A DNA stretch of 64,000 bases from Protoeuglena noctilucae (lineage: Eukaryota), in contig OY253680.1 of NCBI GenBank assembly GCA_958009085.1, positions 372,001-436,000 on the forward strand. Direction: 5' to 3'. The stretch's first letter is position 1, and every line of letters starts with the position of its first letter. The position numbers and the translations under genes were made by a program. This document shows, piece by piece, positions 52,558 through 64,000 of this stretch. The notes under the pieces were generated by a model. That model was not told the origin of the DNA. It did no database searches and saw only the letters and a list, made by a program, of their open reading frames with translations.

Positions 52558-54241
52558 TCATGTGGTAGTTGTGCTTCCCCGGTATCGTTGGCCGATAGGA
52601 GCCCGGCCCCGGCCTTGCGGTGGCTTTTGAGCCCCCGCCAGGGACAGTCCTCCCCGTCGACCCCAGGAAGCTGCTTGTGCCCTGCCTCTTGCGCGCCTGG
52701 GGGGCCACTCCCGCACGGCACCTCCTCGCGCCTGTCGCGTGCGCGCTCCATCAGCGCCCGGGAGATCCAGCTCGACCTCATGCGCAGACCCCCACACCGC
52801 AGACCCCTGGAGCCCGGGCGGCGCAGGCGAGGCTGTCGCGTCGCCGCCCTCACTCGCCCCCGTGCCGTTCGCCCCCGACGCCGTCCGGAACGCGGCACTC
52901 TGCCCCGCGGCGCGCGACCGCCGGGCCTCGTATGCGACCGTGCCCTGCCCATACGAGTACCGACCCGGCCCGGGCACCTCGTCCCGGGACGTGTCCGCGT
53001 GCCCGACCAGGTGGACGACCCACTCGGAGAGCCGCACGGGGCGGACCAGCGGGCCGCCATGGCCCGGTGTGTGACGGAAGTGGCTGTGCGCGGCCGCTGG
53101 AGGGGGGTGGAAAGCCCCGGGGAGGTCGTAGCTGCCGGGGTCGGGTGCGCGGGGCCGAGGCACCACTCCGGCGAAGCGCTGCCGGGGGTCGCGGAAGGGC
53201 ACCGACGTGGGAGACCCCGCCCGGCGCCGGGGGTCAAACGCCCCGGGCTTGGCCCCGTGGTACTTCCCAGGGTCCGGAGGCCTTTGCGAGAATCTCCATG
53301 AGAGAGGCACGTGCGGAGGGTGCACACGCTGCGGATGTGGCAAAGACGCGGCGTCTCGGTGTGGCAGAGTGCACCAGTGGTGTGGGTCTGCTAGCCCGCG
53401 GACGTCCCTCACACGGATCCGAGCGCCTCACCTCCGTGTGTGCGAAGGCGCTGGACATGTTGCGCCCAAAGTCTGACCGGCTGGGTGACACTGGAGCCTC
53501 ATACTGGCCCGGCCCCGGCCCCGTGAAGGCCTTGCGCTCCTCAAACCGGCGTCTCTCGTGACTGCGGTCAGACAATCGCCCCTTGGTCCGTCGGGACTGC
53601 CGCTCAGATCGAACCGCCTCCCGTCCGGCATGTCGCAGCTCACCTCCAGGGCACCGTCCCGTGCCCGCCGCGGCTCACAGCCGGGCGAGGCTCGTGGTAA
53701 AGGCCTGGTCCTACGGTGCTGGAGTTCTTCTCCGAAGGAAACCTGGCGGTTGAGCTCAAAAATGAGCAGTTGACCCCCTTGACCGGACGCCGGTTGCCGG
53801 CGTGGCGCGAGAGCGGCGTTCCCATCGGCAAAAACTGCTCCCCGGGGGGCGCGGAGGTGCCTGCGCCATCATCATAGGGAAGTCGAAGACCCGCAGTCAG
53901 GGGCGGCGACGCAGGGGACCGGCGCCCTGTCGTGAGCTCTCTGCAGGCAAGGAAGATTGCCGCTGGCACTCCTCCGCGGCACAGCTGTGCTGCGCAGGAC
54001 CACATGTAACTTGAAGCTCGCTCCAACACCTCTGCATGCCCGATAGCCCCGCTTGCCTTGTGCCGCGTTGGTCCGACACGCGCAAGCACAGCCCGGCGAA
54101 AGCCGGTCCGCCCGCCGCCTGAGATGCCCAACCCCACCGCCGCTCGTGTACCAAGACTCGTATAGAAGTGTCACACCCCTCAAGGCGGCACCAAATCTCT
54201 GAAGAACCCCAGTTATGGTTGCTTCGTTCACAGCACGCCAT
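52558..54241 (-). CDS. SHIPPO/STPG/ODF3-like PG-repeat ciliary protein
   Basis: Repeats VGPGLY, TGPGPGQY, PDPGKY, APDPGSY and VPGPGRY, accompanied by AF/SF...RF motifs. Confidence 0.75.
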
Positions 54242-54480
54242 CGATTTCTCAGAACTAGCAAGAACCTCAATCGTTTGTTCGACCTCGCACCCTGCTGAAA
54301 GGTTTGCGGCTTGATTCAATGCCAGAGACCTATGCTGGCGCTGCGAATGGCTCGCGCTTCGGCGAATGGCTCGCGTTTCCAGCGACCCCGCGCCAGTCGC
54401 TTGCTCTGCCTGTCTGAATATCTCACATGCTGACATTCGAAGAGTCCCTGGAGGCCCCAGAAACCACCTGTGCCCAGTCG

Positions 54481-56824
54481 TCATCCGCCCATGTCCACGT
54501 CGTCGACCTCGCGCATCCAGCGCGTAACAATCCACTTCCGGCCCCGCAGCACCGGCTCGGCGGCGTGCTGAGAGGACGGCGGGGGGCTGGGGCGTCAGGA
54601 CGTGCCGCCCAGCGCATGCACGCGGCGTCCCAGCCTCGGCTGCACGCACCAGCGACGCGGGGTCTTCGGACCCGTCCACCCGGCGTGACCAAAACACCAG
54701 CGCACGCCCCTCCCGGGGGAAGACGCGGATGCCCTGCCCCCCCCCGCCCCGCAGTGGCGTGGCCTTGGGGAAGTACGTGGCCCCGCCCTCGTGGCAGTCG
54801 CCGCCTGCGAGTCACGCGCGAGGAGAGCGACGGCGGTAGGTAGAATATCTGCCGATCCTTGCTGGCCCGGCGTGGCATCCCCGCCTCCTCCCCACGCACC
54901 CACGTAGACGATGACGGTGGCCGCCCGCATGTGCACGGAACCGATCCGGTTGTCAAAGTGCTCCGAGTACATCTGGCCCACGCCGTAGTAGACGGCCTGT
55001 AGTGACTCGGTCTTGAAGAGGGGCTTGCGCACGACCTGGGGCGAGAACGAGGGCGCCGCAGTGGTTCGCAAGGAAAGCAGCGAGCACAGGGTCCCTTCTG
55101 GCAAGCCCCGCCCCCTTTCCGGACCTGCAGATCCTCCCCTCTGCGGATGGCGTTGTTCTCAAGGAGGGCGCTCAGCCGGCTCTCCACCGCACGGACGACC
55201 ACGTGGCGCTCCAGGTTCCCGGTGAAGAAGCAACCGTACGAGGTGCGGGACTTGGTCTGCGGTTGCCACGGAGATGCCTCGAGTCTGCCGCGGTCCAAGG
55301 AGCCCAGGAGGGCCTGCAGCACGAGCGCAGTCCCACCTCTGTCCCAGAGGACACCCGGCTGCGCTGGAGGAGCGGCTTGGCCAGGTCGCGGATCTGCTGG
55401 CACTCCTCGGGGGACAGAAAGTCCTCGATGACCACCATCCGAGGGGACTCGGACACGAGCATCACGTCCGAGCCACGGTGCTCCCCCAGCACCGCCCCGC
55501 TTGGCGCCACTGCGGGGGGGGCCACTTGTGTCGTGGCACCATGCAGGGCACCAGAGCCAACGTTCGGACATGCCGTGCACGCCCTGAGAGTTTCAACCAC
55601 AAAGCACCAACCTCGATCCCGACAGCAGCAACCGCAGCTTCACCCGTGGGGTTGGTCGCGAGGACGGAGGCATCGAGCACTTCCAGGCGGATGGTGAGTT
55701 GAGAGTCGCGATCCACCATCGCGGGGATGTCGGAGAGGAAGATGAAGTCCTGCACCCCCCACACCATGTCCTTGCCCTGCGTGACGCAACATCGTGGGGA
55801 CAGCTGCGAGGCTCAGCTGGGCCGGGAATCTACGGAGCGGCGCCCCGACCATGCAGCGCGCCAGGTGTCGTGACGCACGCGCGTGTGAGTGTGGTGGCTT
55901 CAGTGGCCGTTGCCCCGCTCAACACGCAGGTCACCGGCATGAACACATGGCGCATCTCCATGCGGATGTCGTGACCCCCCGGGTGGCGCGTGCTCAGCGC
56001 AAAGGACAACTCCACGTGCGACTGCTGGTCAGCCTGCGAGCGGCGTGCACTGTGCCATCGGCTGCTTTCCCAGCCAGGGAAGGGCTCCGACGCTGATGGC
56101 TTGGCTGCCACGGCGCTCGCGGTCACCTCGGCGGTGGAGATGAGGTACACGCTCGCAGCGTCGCCGGAGAACTCGAAGGGGACGAAGAGGAGGTGCCACG
56201 CGTGGCGTGCCGAGACGGTGCTGAGCACGAAGGGCTGCGAGCCCAGAACTGGGACGTCCGGGGCGCCCCGGCCGTCTGCCAAGGGCTGGGCTTGCCGACC
56301 GTCCTTCCTGCATGGCCGTTTCGGGCATGGCTTGCGAGTGCGGGCCATGCGCAGCCCTACATTGCCGACCTGCAGGCCCGCCAGGTCGACGTCTCGCTTG
56401 CCCGTCACCCTCATGCTCACCCGAGGGGCTCCTCCAGCACCGGCCTGGGGTCCACGAACCACTCCACCACGCTCGCTCCACCCGTGCTCGACACCAGCAG
56501 TCTGCCTGATGCTTTCCGCGGATAGCCAGACGACAGTAGTGCCGTGGAGGCATCAGCAGCCGGGCCTTCGCGACGAACCTGCAAGGTTCCAAGGTGCTGT
56601 CTCTTGTGCGGTGCCCGCCGCGCGCAACTGCGTCGCCGGTACTTCAAGACGAGGGTGCGCTGGCCCGGGCCCCGCACCTCGGGGTCCAGGGCCAAGCCGG
56701 CGCGGTCCGCCATGTGCGCCGCTGGCGCCATGTCGGTGGAAGCGCCCTTCCGAAGCGAGGTTGAGGGTGGCTTGGAGCACAGATTGCCCATGGCGTCGGC
56801 GATGCGCTCGAAGAAGAAGCTCAT
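54481..56824 (-). CDS. MATH-domain / prolyl 4-hydroxylase (2OG-Fe(II) dioxygenase) fusion protein
   Basis: MATH-like SQPF...WHLLFVP...SVYL...HVF...WGVQDFI...LTIRLEV. P4H motifs PRMVVIEDFLSPEEC, RTSYG, EHFD, EGGATYFP, LHAAEPVLRGRKWIVTRW. Confidence 0.8.
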
Positions 56825-57567
56825 CGTCGACTCCCTGCGCAGGGTGCGTGCCGAGGTGTCACGAATTCCCACCCTCGGCTGCGGGCGCAGAGAGCCCGGC
56901 GCCGGCGCCAAGCACCCTCGGTGTCACGAGTATACTATTCTCATTCGAGCTCAGGCTGGCGATGCGCCAATGTGGCCCCGGCAGGGAAGCGGCCCGGCCC
57001 AGAGCAGCCACCAGCACCAAGTGCAGCTGAGCCCGGACGCGCATCGGGGCCGGCTACTGACGGCATCTCGGGCCAGGATAATCTCTGCTAGCGGATCATC
57101 AGGCCCGATGCGCCAAAGGGACTCGGGGGCGCTGAGCAGCGCAGGTGCTGGAGCGAGGCCCCTGCGGCCAGCCCACAGGGACATCCCGAGCCAGCCACTG
57201 CCCGCTCCCGTCTCTCTCGCCTCCTGTCTTCAGCGCACCTTCCCTTCCTCCAGCCAAGGCGAGCCAGACGCAACGAATAAGACGCTGGGGCGGAAAGTGG
57301 GACACTGGCGCGCTACTACGATGAGCTGGCTATTGCGATGGGTATTTGAATGCTGCAATTGTGCCCGGGACCTGCTATCGCGTTACACCAGCCAGCCCTG
57401 GTCCCTGATTCAGGTGGCAGTCCAGTCAGCGCCGTCAGATTACAAGCGCAGCGGCTTCGATCGCCACGATTCGATCGCCGGAAGGAGTTGGTCGCTCCTC
57501 GCTCCCCCTCTCGGGACAGGCGCGCGCGTCTTGCGCATTTGAGCCCGCCTGTCCCTGCTCCGCCCCG

Positions 57568-58582
57568 ATGACGACGCGCGTCCTATCCACCGGGATTGGG
57601 GGGTCTATCACCTCGCGGCCGGTGCCATCGGGGCGCGCGGTAGGCGGGGCTCGCGGGAGGGGGAGGACTCCTGCGCTTGGCAGGAAGCGCCAATCGCGGG
57701 AGACACCTAGCGCGCTTCCCGGACGCCAGACCCTCGCCACGTTAACAGGTCGGATGATAATGTGATCGCTGTGGTCGCCTTGGCCCGGCTGAGCGACCCA
57801 ACTTGCTCACCTACCGCGAGATGTGGCGAGATGTGGTAGGACGCCACGCTCGCAGGCCTGGGCGCAACCGTGGGTACTGCTCTGGATGGGATTCACACTC
57901 GGGTGGGTCTCCAGACGTACGACAGTCTTACTCTGGACATTTTAGGAATCCAATCCTCCGCATGGTAAGGGGTGATAACGCGCACCGCCCCGAGCAGGGC
58001 CAAGCCGCCAATTGCTTTCGACCGTGCTTCGTTCCTGGTGCCCGCAGGGTTCCTCCTTTGCTCGGGGCGTTCTATGCCGTGGGCGGTGCCCTGCTCCTCG
58101 TCCTCGACGGCGGTGAGGGCCGGAAGGTCGAAGGGGGCACCGTGCTGGCGGCATTCGGGGCGTTGGCTCTCTCCCTTCTTGCCAGTGGCGTGATGTTCGA
58201 GGGTCGGGTGGACGCCAGCACGGAGGCAGCTGTCCTGGCCGGGCTGGGCACCCTGTCGTGGGCGGCGTTTGACCGAACGCCCCAGGGTCTCGGCTTTTGT
58301 CTGCTGCTGGGCATCCTGGCGCCAGTCTGCGAGATTCTCATCCTCGACTCGTTCCCTCTCTGGCACTACCCGAGGTGAGGGCCCCGCTCGTGCGCTCTGC
58401 AGGCACACATGCCTCCGCCATGCGCGTCAAGACATTGGACCCTCATCGTGCGCAGGGCCGACGTGGCGATCGTGGGCGTGGGTTTCATGACGTGGGTCCC
58501 CTGGTGCTACTTCATGTATGGTCCTGCGCTCACCGCGCTCGCACGGTTTCTGCACTCGCGCGAGCGTGAAGAGGCCTCCTAG
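57568..58582 (+). CDS. INSIG-like multi-pass membrane protein with transit-peptide-like N-terminus
   Basis: GTALDGIHTRVGLQTY, W-VPPLLG, WAAFDRTPQG, APVCEIL, WHYPR-AD and WVPWCYFMYGP. Confidence 0.75.
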
Positions 58583-59214
58583 GGAGACGCGTGTGATTTA
58601 CCGTCCTAGCGCAGGCATGGATTGGTCTGTCCCTGAACACTGGCTGTCGCACGTCTGGCGCCAGCGCCATTGGTAGGGGTTGCCCTCCTGACGAGGTTGA
58701 CAAACCGATCCGCACCGCTCCGCCGATGCTAGGGGAGGGGCCAGCTTGCGCTGCAGCGCCAGACGGTAGAACCCTTAACAGCCATCGACTCCTTCAATTG
58801 ATTGACTCGTGCAATGTCCATCTCCCAGCCTGCCTCGACCAGTGTCTCGGCTCGAATCCTAGGCCGCAGTGCCTTCGCGCGCCTTTGCACACTGAGCCCG
58901 TCGCTGCGCTTCCCCGACGTGAGTGGATGTCGCCGGGCGATACACCCGCGCAGTATCGAGCCTTTGTACATGCTTGGCGTTGCTTAGGACGAGGCGCAGC
59001 GGGGCCCGCCCCTCGAGTCGTGCTCAGGCCGGGATTTCCTCTGAGCGCTCGGCGCGGCCCGACGGATGGGGAATGCCATTGCCGCGAGCATATCTTCGTT
59101 GCATACAGCACGCGTCCCTGTGTCGCTGGGGCGCTGGAGACCGGCGCGGCCCCACGACTGAGCACACCGATCCCTCCTGCGCGTCGCAGCTCTCGAGAGG
59201 CGCGACGATGCGTC

Positions 59215-60469
59215 ATGACGAAGTCCAAGAAGCAAAATAAACCCATCCCCAAGGCTACTACACCGCGCCATCAGCCTGGATGTGACCAGGCGCGCCAGCA
59301 GCCGACGAACGAGAGGAGTAATCTGTGCAACGGTTTCAAGTATGGCCAAGGCTATTGCACGTGGCCCCCCGGCCAGTGCACGTTCTAGCACCCCGAGGGT
59401 GGCTGGGCACTCAATGGCCCGACAGAGGACACCTTTTCGATACGCCCCCAGCACCACCCCGACCACCCGTGCTACCGTGTCCCGGCCCGCTGCCGAGGCA
59501 CGAACTGCCAGGTGAGCTGGGGAGTGAGGCAGCGGCTTCACTGCACCGCCTTGGGCCCCTCACTCACGATGCGATGTGCGGCCTCACATATCGTGCCGCA
59601 GGGGTCGAAGTGCCCGTTCGTGCACTTGGATGAAGGGGACACGGAGGACTTCATACGTTTGGCCATTGCTGCCTATGCCGACCACGTCCAGGTGAGCGAT
59701 GGCAGATGTCATGTTATGGTCGGGGCAGCGCGGGCTAGGAGTCTTTTGAATGCTGCCGTGACTGTTTCTGCAGTGGGTGACGGCGGTTCTCGACAGTCGG
59801 GGCCTGCTTGGCACGTGCCCCACGTGCAAGAAGCGCCGCCTGAAGGAGACGCTTTCGGTGCACGTCCCGCGCTGCGTGCCCTGGGTGCCCAGTGGCGAGG
59901 AGGACACGGAGCTCGTTCGAGGCTGGCTCGAGGACCTTGGCTACCTGAGCGGCGGCGAGGGGCCTGCGACCCCGGCACGGGCCGGGCCGCCCGAGCATGA
60001 CGCCGCGGGGCCCTCCACGCCCGCCCCGGAGCACGTCTCTCCTCTCTCGGACGCGACGGAGTTGGTGGGGGAGGCACCCACGCCCCTTTGGTCGGGCAAG
60101 AAGGAGCCCTCAAGGTTCGCGGAGCTCGCTGGCCTCATGAGGGAGATCGATTTGATACAGGCGAGACGCGCGCTGGAGCGGGTGAGCGTCTCTGCAAGGG
60201 CGCAGCAAGGACCAGGCCGGGATTGGCGGAATAAGTCCCCGCACCGTCCCACGCAGGAGGCTGCTGCGGCCGAGCGCGCATACCAGGCCCAGTCTGGTGG
60301 GTTACACCTGCCCAGGGACGCCAAGTCTGCGCAGTTGGAGGCCGAGATCGACGCCGTCGAAGCCAAGCTCGACGCCGAGATTGACCGCGTCGGCTCACAG
60401 CTGACGGACCTCTTGCGGGGAAAGATTTCGCTGCGCAACGTGCGCCTGGGGGCCCAGGGCCGTGCATGA
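59215..60469 (+). CDS. Zinc-finger protein (two CCCH-like fingers, C2HC finger, coiled coil) interrupted by an in-frame TAG at 59386
   Basis: LCNGFKYGQGYCTWPPGQCTF*H, CRGTNCQ-GSKCPFVH and CPTCKKRRLKETLSVHVPRC. Confidence 0.55.
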
Positions 60470-60924
60470 CACGCTTTTGCGGCGCTTGAGGTCTTGCAGT
60501 GAGCCTAGCGTTGCAGTAAGCCTAGCGTTGGTCGCGAGCCAGCTTGATGACCAGGGCGGCAAGCCAACATGTGAGTCATTACAAGTTGCCGTGAGGGCCT
60601 CCAGCTTGACAGAGCCACCATCCCCACTCAAGCCGCATCGCCATAAAAGCGAGATGACACTCTCCCGAAAGCCGCTTTCTGTTTATCTCCAAACAGCTCT
60701 AGCTAGCGGTGAGTCCTCGCCCCCTGCAGCCCTGTCCGCCTGCGGTTCGTCGCACATTGTCATCCTTGACGCGGGTAGCTCTGCTAAGGTGCCCCTTCGG
60801 CCCCAGTGACGCTGCCCCGCGATTGTGCTTCGCGGGCGTGCTACGGGGGGCGTTTGAGCGACCGCTCACCACCCGGCGCTTTCTTTCCCCACTCCACTGA
60901 AGCCTTCGTCATCTAATAAACATC

Positions 60925-61281
60925 ATGAACAACTCAACCGACGGCGCTACGGAGGCCGCTGGCGCTCCCTCTCGCGGGGAGTCGCCAAGCGGACCGCGCG
61001 CCCGGGAGCTCTCGCTGCGCAAGCGGATGTGCGCTCGCATCCGTGCCGTGCTTAGAATGGCCATCCACAGACGAGCCAGCAACTTGCGCTCGATGTTCCA
61101 ATGGCATGCGTTTTGGTCCCCGATGCACAAATGCCACGCACTCGAGCGCGCCACGGTTCAACTGCAGAGCTTGCGCGAATCCGAGGCTGTGCTTGGCAGT
61201 GAGATCAGAAGGCTTGACGCGCTGTGCCGCGCCCTCCACGAAGAGAGGCAGCATAATGTGACAGCCGGTCATGACGGTTGA
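60925..61281 (+). CDS. Small coiled-coil hypothetical protein
   Basis: ATG-started ORF ending EIRRLDALCRALHEERQ, resembling the taxilin C-terminal motif. Confidence 0.35.
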   Translation: MNNSTDGATEAAGAPSRGESPSGPRARELSLRKRMCARIRAVLRMAIHRRASNLRSMFQWHAFWSPMHKCHALERATVQLQSLRESEAVLGSEIRRLDALCRALHEERQHNVTAGHDG

Positions 61282-61295
61282 AGAAGACTGCTGCC

Positions 61296-62517
61296 TCAGA
61301 CCTCAGAGTCGGCCAGCGCACACCGCAACGTGAACAGGACGGGCTGGTCGGTGGTGACGACCACCTCGTCCTTCTCGACCAGGTTGGACGTGCTGATGAT
61401 GCCCCTGAAGGACAGGGTCAATCCGTCCATGTCCCAGCGCAGGCCGCTCGTCGACACCACCGCGTCCCCCGCCATAGGCACCACGCCGCACTCGGGGCCC
61501 TCACAGGACCGCTCCACGCGGACCACCGTTTGTCCGGGCTGAAGGAGCCTGCGTGAACCGGCACGGCGCACTTACCCCTGCAGCACGCGACGGTCCGTGG
61601 CCCATCCGCAACAGCACGCACCTGGCGATGTTGCCGTCCCCAACCAGAACGATGTCCATGTGCGAGAAGGTGTGCAGGGCAGCCACGTTTGCCAGGGTGT
61701 GGTCGAAGCGACCCCCGAACGCGCCCAGGACGAGCACCGTCGGGAGGGGCCCGCGCGTCCCTGCTGCCTGCTCCACTGCACGCAGGCACTTGACCAAGTC
61801 TGTCGTGTCTTCGTCACCAGACAGGTCCCGCACTGCGATCACGCCGCGCTTGCGCCATTGCTCTCCCGGGACGAAGCAAAGCAGGGCGCTTTCCCTACAT
61901 TCCGCTGCCCAGTGGCGCCACTCGCCCTCGATGCCGCGACTTCGGTAAAAGTCCCTGGCCTCCGAAGAGATGCTGTCTAAGTCCCCCACGACGAGGTCTG
62001 GGAGAAGCTGGTCGCGCACAGCAGCGACCGGCCTGCCCTCGCGCCTGGCCAGCCCCTCCGCGACCCCGCGATACAGCCGATCGGCGCCCCCGTCTGCAAC
62101 GACCCTGCCGACGCCACGGGCAGAAGTCTTTCGGCGTTCTCCGACAGCACATGCAAATCCGCACGCCACGCCTGTGGGGATTACTGTGTCACCTGTACTG
62201 GGAGTTGCGCCACGCCCGCAAAAAGCACGCGGGCTGCTTCCAGTTGAGCACCACGACGGTCGTCGGCTGATCTGCGTGGTAACAACCCGAGGGTGCGGAA
62301 AGGACGTCGGCCACGGTCGACGCCGCGAACAGCAACAGTTCCATGGACAGCCCTCTAGCGCGCCGCCCCGGGAGCTCTCCACACCCGATGACGCGGCCTC
62401 TGACCACACGGATCGACTGTCTACCACTCGCGATCCCATCCTTAATGAATTAAGGGCCCGCGGGCCCGGAACCCCGGCGTGGACGAACTTCAGCAGCAGC
62501 CCGCCCACGAGGCGCAT
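61296..62517 (-). CDS. TPK1: Thiamine pyrophosphokinase (start may be 62344)
   Basis: VADGGADRLY, PDLVVGDLDSI, DEDTTDLVKC, GAFGGRFDHTLAN, STSGLRWDM and IISTSN. Confidence 0.93.
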
Positions 62518-62913
62518 GAGCGCCGGCGCGGCACGCGCAGCAACGGGACGAGTAGGGACCTTGAGAGGCGCTCAATTAGTCCCGACGAGTCCAAACCGAG
62601 GGTTTTGGACGGGAACGGCTGACAAGTGGAACTGACGACAGGAACTGCTGCTGCCAGTGCTGGCGGTCGTCATCCCTCCAGAACAAACCCTCTTTGTTTG
62701 CACCGAATCGCGACGCACACGCTCCGCGCAGGCTTTCGCAGGCCCGAGGGCCCTGTCGGTGCGGGCGTCTTGGCGCATTTGAAACGACAGCTGTGCGCTG
62801 CCGCTGCGATTGAGCGCTGAGAGCGCGCCCGTCTGCGTGGCCTGAACCACAGGAAGTGTCCGGTAAATTCGGTGCCCTTACCGTTCGGAGGCCGCGGCCA
62901 AAGCGGGAAGGAC

Positions 62914-64000
62914 ATGGCCGTCTCTAGCCTCGTCCTGGCCCGTCTGCGGGACGACGCTCCGGCGCTCCGGGGCATCCCTTCACTCGACGTGAGGAGCGAC
63001 ATTTCCTTCAGCTGCTCCTCGGCAGCGCTAGAAGCCTTTCAGCGCCCGTCCGCTGCGCGCAACCCGCCCCTTCCTGCGCTTCCAGGACGGCGCCGCTGAG
63101 ACCACGCACGCGCGTTGGGACCCGTCCAGTCCATCATGCTCGTACATGGCTGACAGGCAGGGTGTCATCCGCGTCGTGGAGATGGGCGCCATGCAGTCGA
63201 CGCGCGTCCAAGCGGCCTTCCGCCTTGAGCATGCAGCGGAAGGTCCCGAGGCAAGTCCTGTCACACGCCTGGGATGCCTGGGTCAGGCACGACTGGGCTC
63301 AGCCTCGAGGTAGCCACTTACTAGCCCCCCCCGTCATTCCCTCGTGCAGGACAAAGTCCGTGCCGTCGGCCGAGCCTTCTCGTGCCTGGAAGCCATCCCG
63401 CTTCGCGCGGGAGCCCTTCTCGCCAGCCAGGCAGGGTCGAGCAACGTCCTCTTCCTGCGCCTGGCCCCCTACGCTTCCTCGCCCGAGCCCGTCTTCCGCT
63501 TCGGCTCCCACGCGGCGCCGGTCGCCTCGCTCGCCGTGAGCCGCAACGGCGCCCTGGCTGCCTGCGGGTCCGAGGCTGGCGCCCTCCGGGTCTGGCGCAC
63601 GTTCGACGGCGCGCTGGCGTCCGAGCACCCCCTGGCGCACCGCGGCGGCACCACCGCCGTCGGGTTTGCGGGCGTCGGGACGGTCGTCTCTGGGGGGCGC
63701 GACGGACGGCTCGCAGTGTGGGACCTCGCCCGCGGGCAGCTCGTTGCCATCCAATGGCTGGCGCTGGGCCCCTGCACCGTCACCGCCGTCGCTGGGTGGG
63801 CTCCGCACGGGTGAGGCCGGACGCGTGCATGACCTCCCATCCCCTGAGGTCCAAAGGCCCCGCACTGTCCTCGCCCTGTACTCCTGCCAAGCTTTCCGTG
63901 GCCTTGAAACGCGTTGCCAACCTGCTTTGCAGTGTTCCAGCGTCCCCGGAAGCCTGGCGGCTGTCGGAGCTGTCGCGGTGGGAGGCCCCCGAGACGCACC
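62914..64000 (+). CDS. WD40-repeat protein (partial, continues beyond the window)
   Basis: SHAAPVASLAVSRNGALAACGSEAGALRVW and AHRGGTTAVGF...VVSGGRDGRLAVWDL. Confidence 0.8.

Noticed and set aside
12881..59388. Genome-wide TAG/TAA-to-Gln reassignment as in some ulvophytes
   Set aside because: TAG terminates genes at plausible or conserved ends (12881, 23286, 27933, 58580), and I noticed no internal TAR codons in the conserved exons examined. The case at 59386 is isolated.
1..64000. Hundreds of overlapping R/P/A/G-rich ORFs in the six-frame track
   Set aside because: This is expected from very high GC content and scarce stop codons. Most are antisense or off-frame to recognisable genes.

Overview
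Eukaryotic nuclear DNA from a compact, high-GC, intron-rich green alga. Evidence: plastid-targeted Rubisco activase, biotin carboxylase, a thylakoid-lumen pentapeptide protein, and ciliary MNS1 and SHIPPO-repeat genes. About 27 tightly packed multi-exon genes are present, mostly housekeeping: SAC1, NDUFA9, MNS1, VPS23, accC, uL24m, CSN2, Rieske ISP, CCDC130, RGP1, NOA1, RtcB, TPK and others. CDS coordinates are gene spans including introns, and several ends are approximate. The standout is a Rubisco activase carrying 23 tandem FWDT aromatic motifs in Ser-rich spacers between its transit peptide and its normal N-domain. This sticker-spacer layout suggests an activase fused to a condensate or pyrenoid linker. 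Also notable are a MATH-prolyl 4-hydroxylase fusion, a very divergent plastid SecY paralog, many GC-AG introns, an IQ protein rich in RPx[S/T] kinase motifs, and an in-frame TAG inside a CCCH zinc finger. No rRNA, tRNA, CRISPR array or transposon was recognised.
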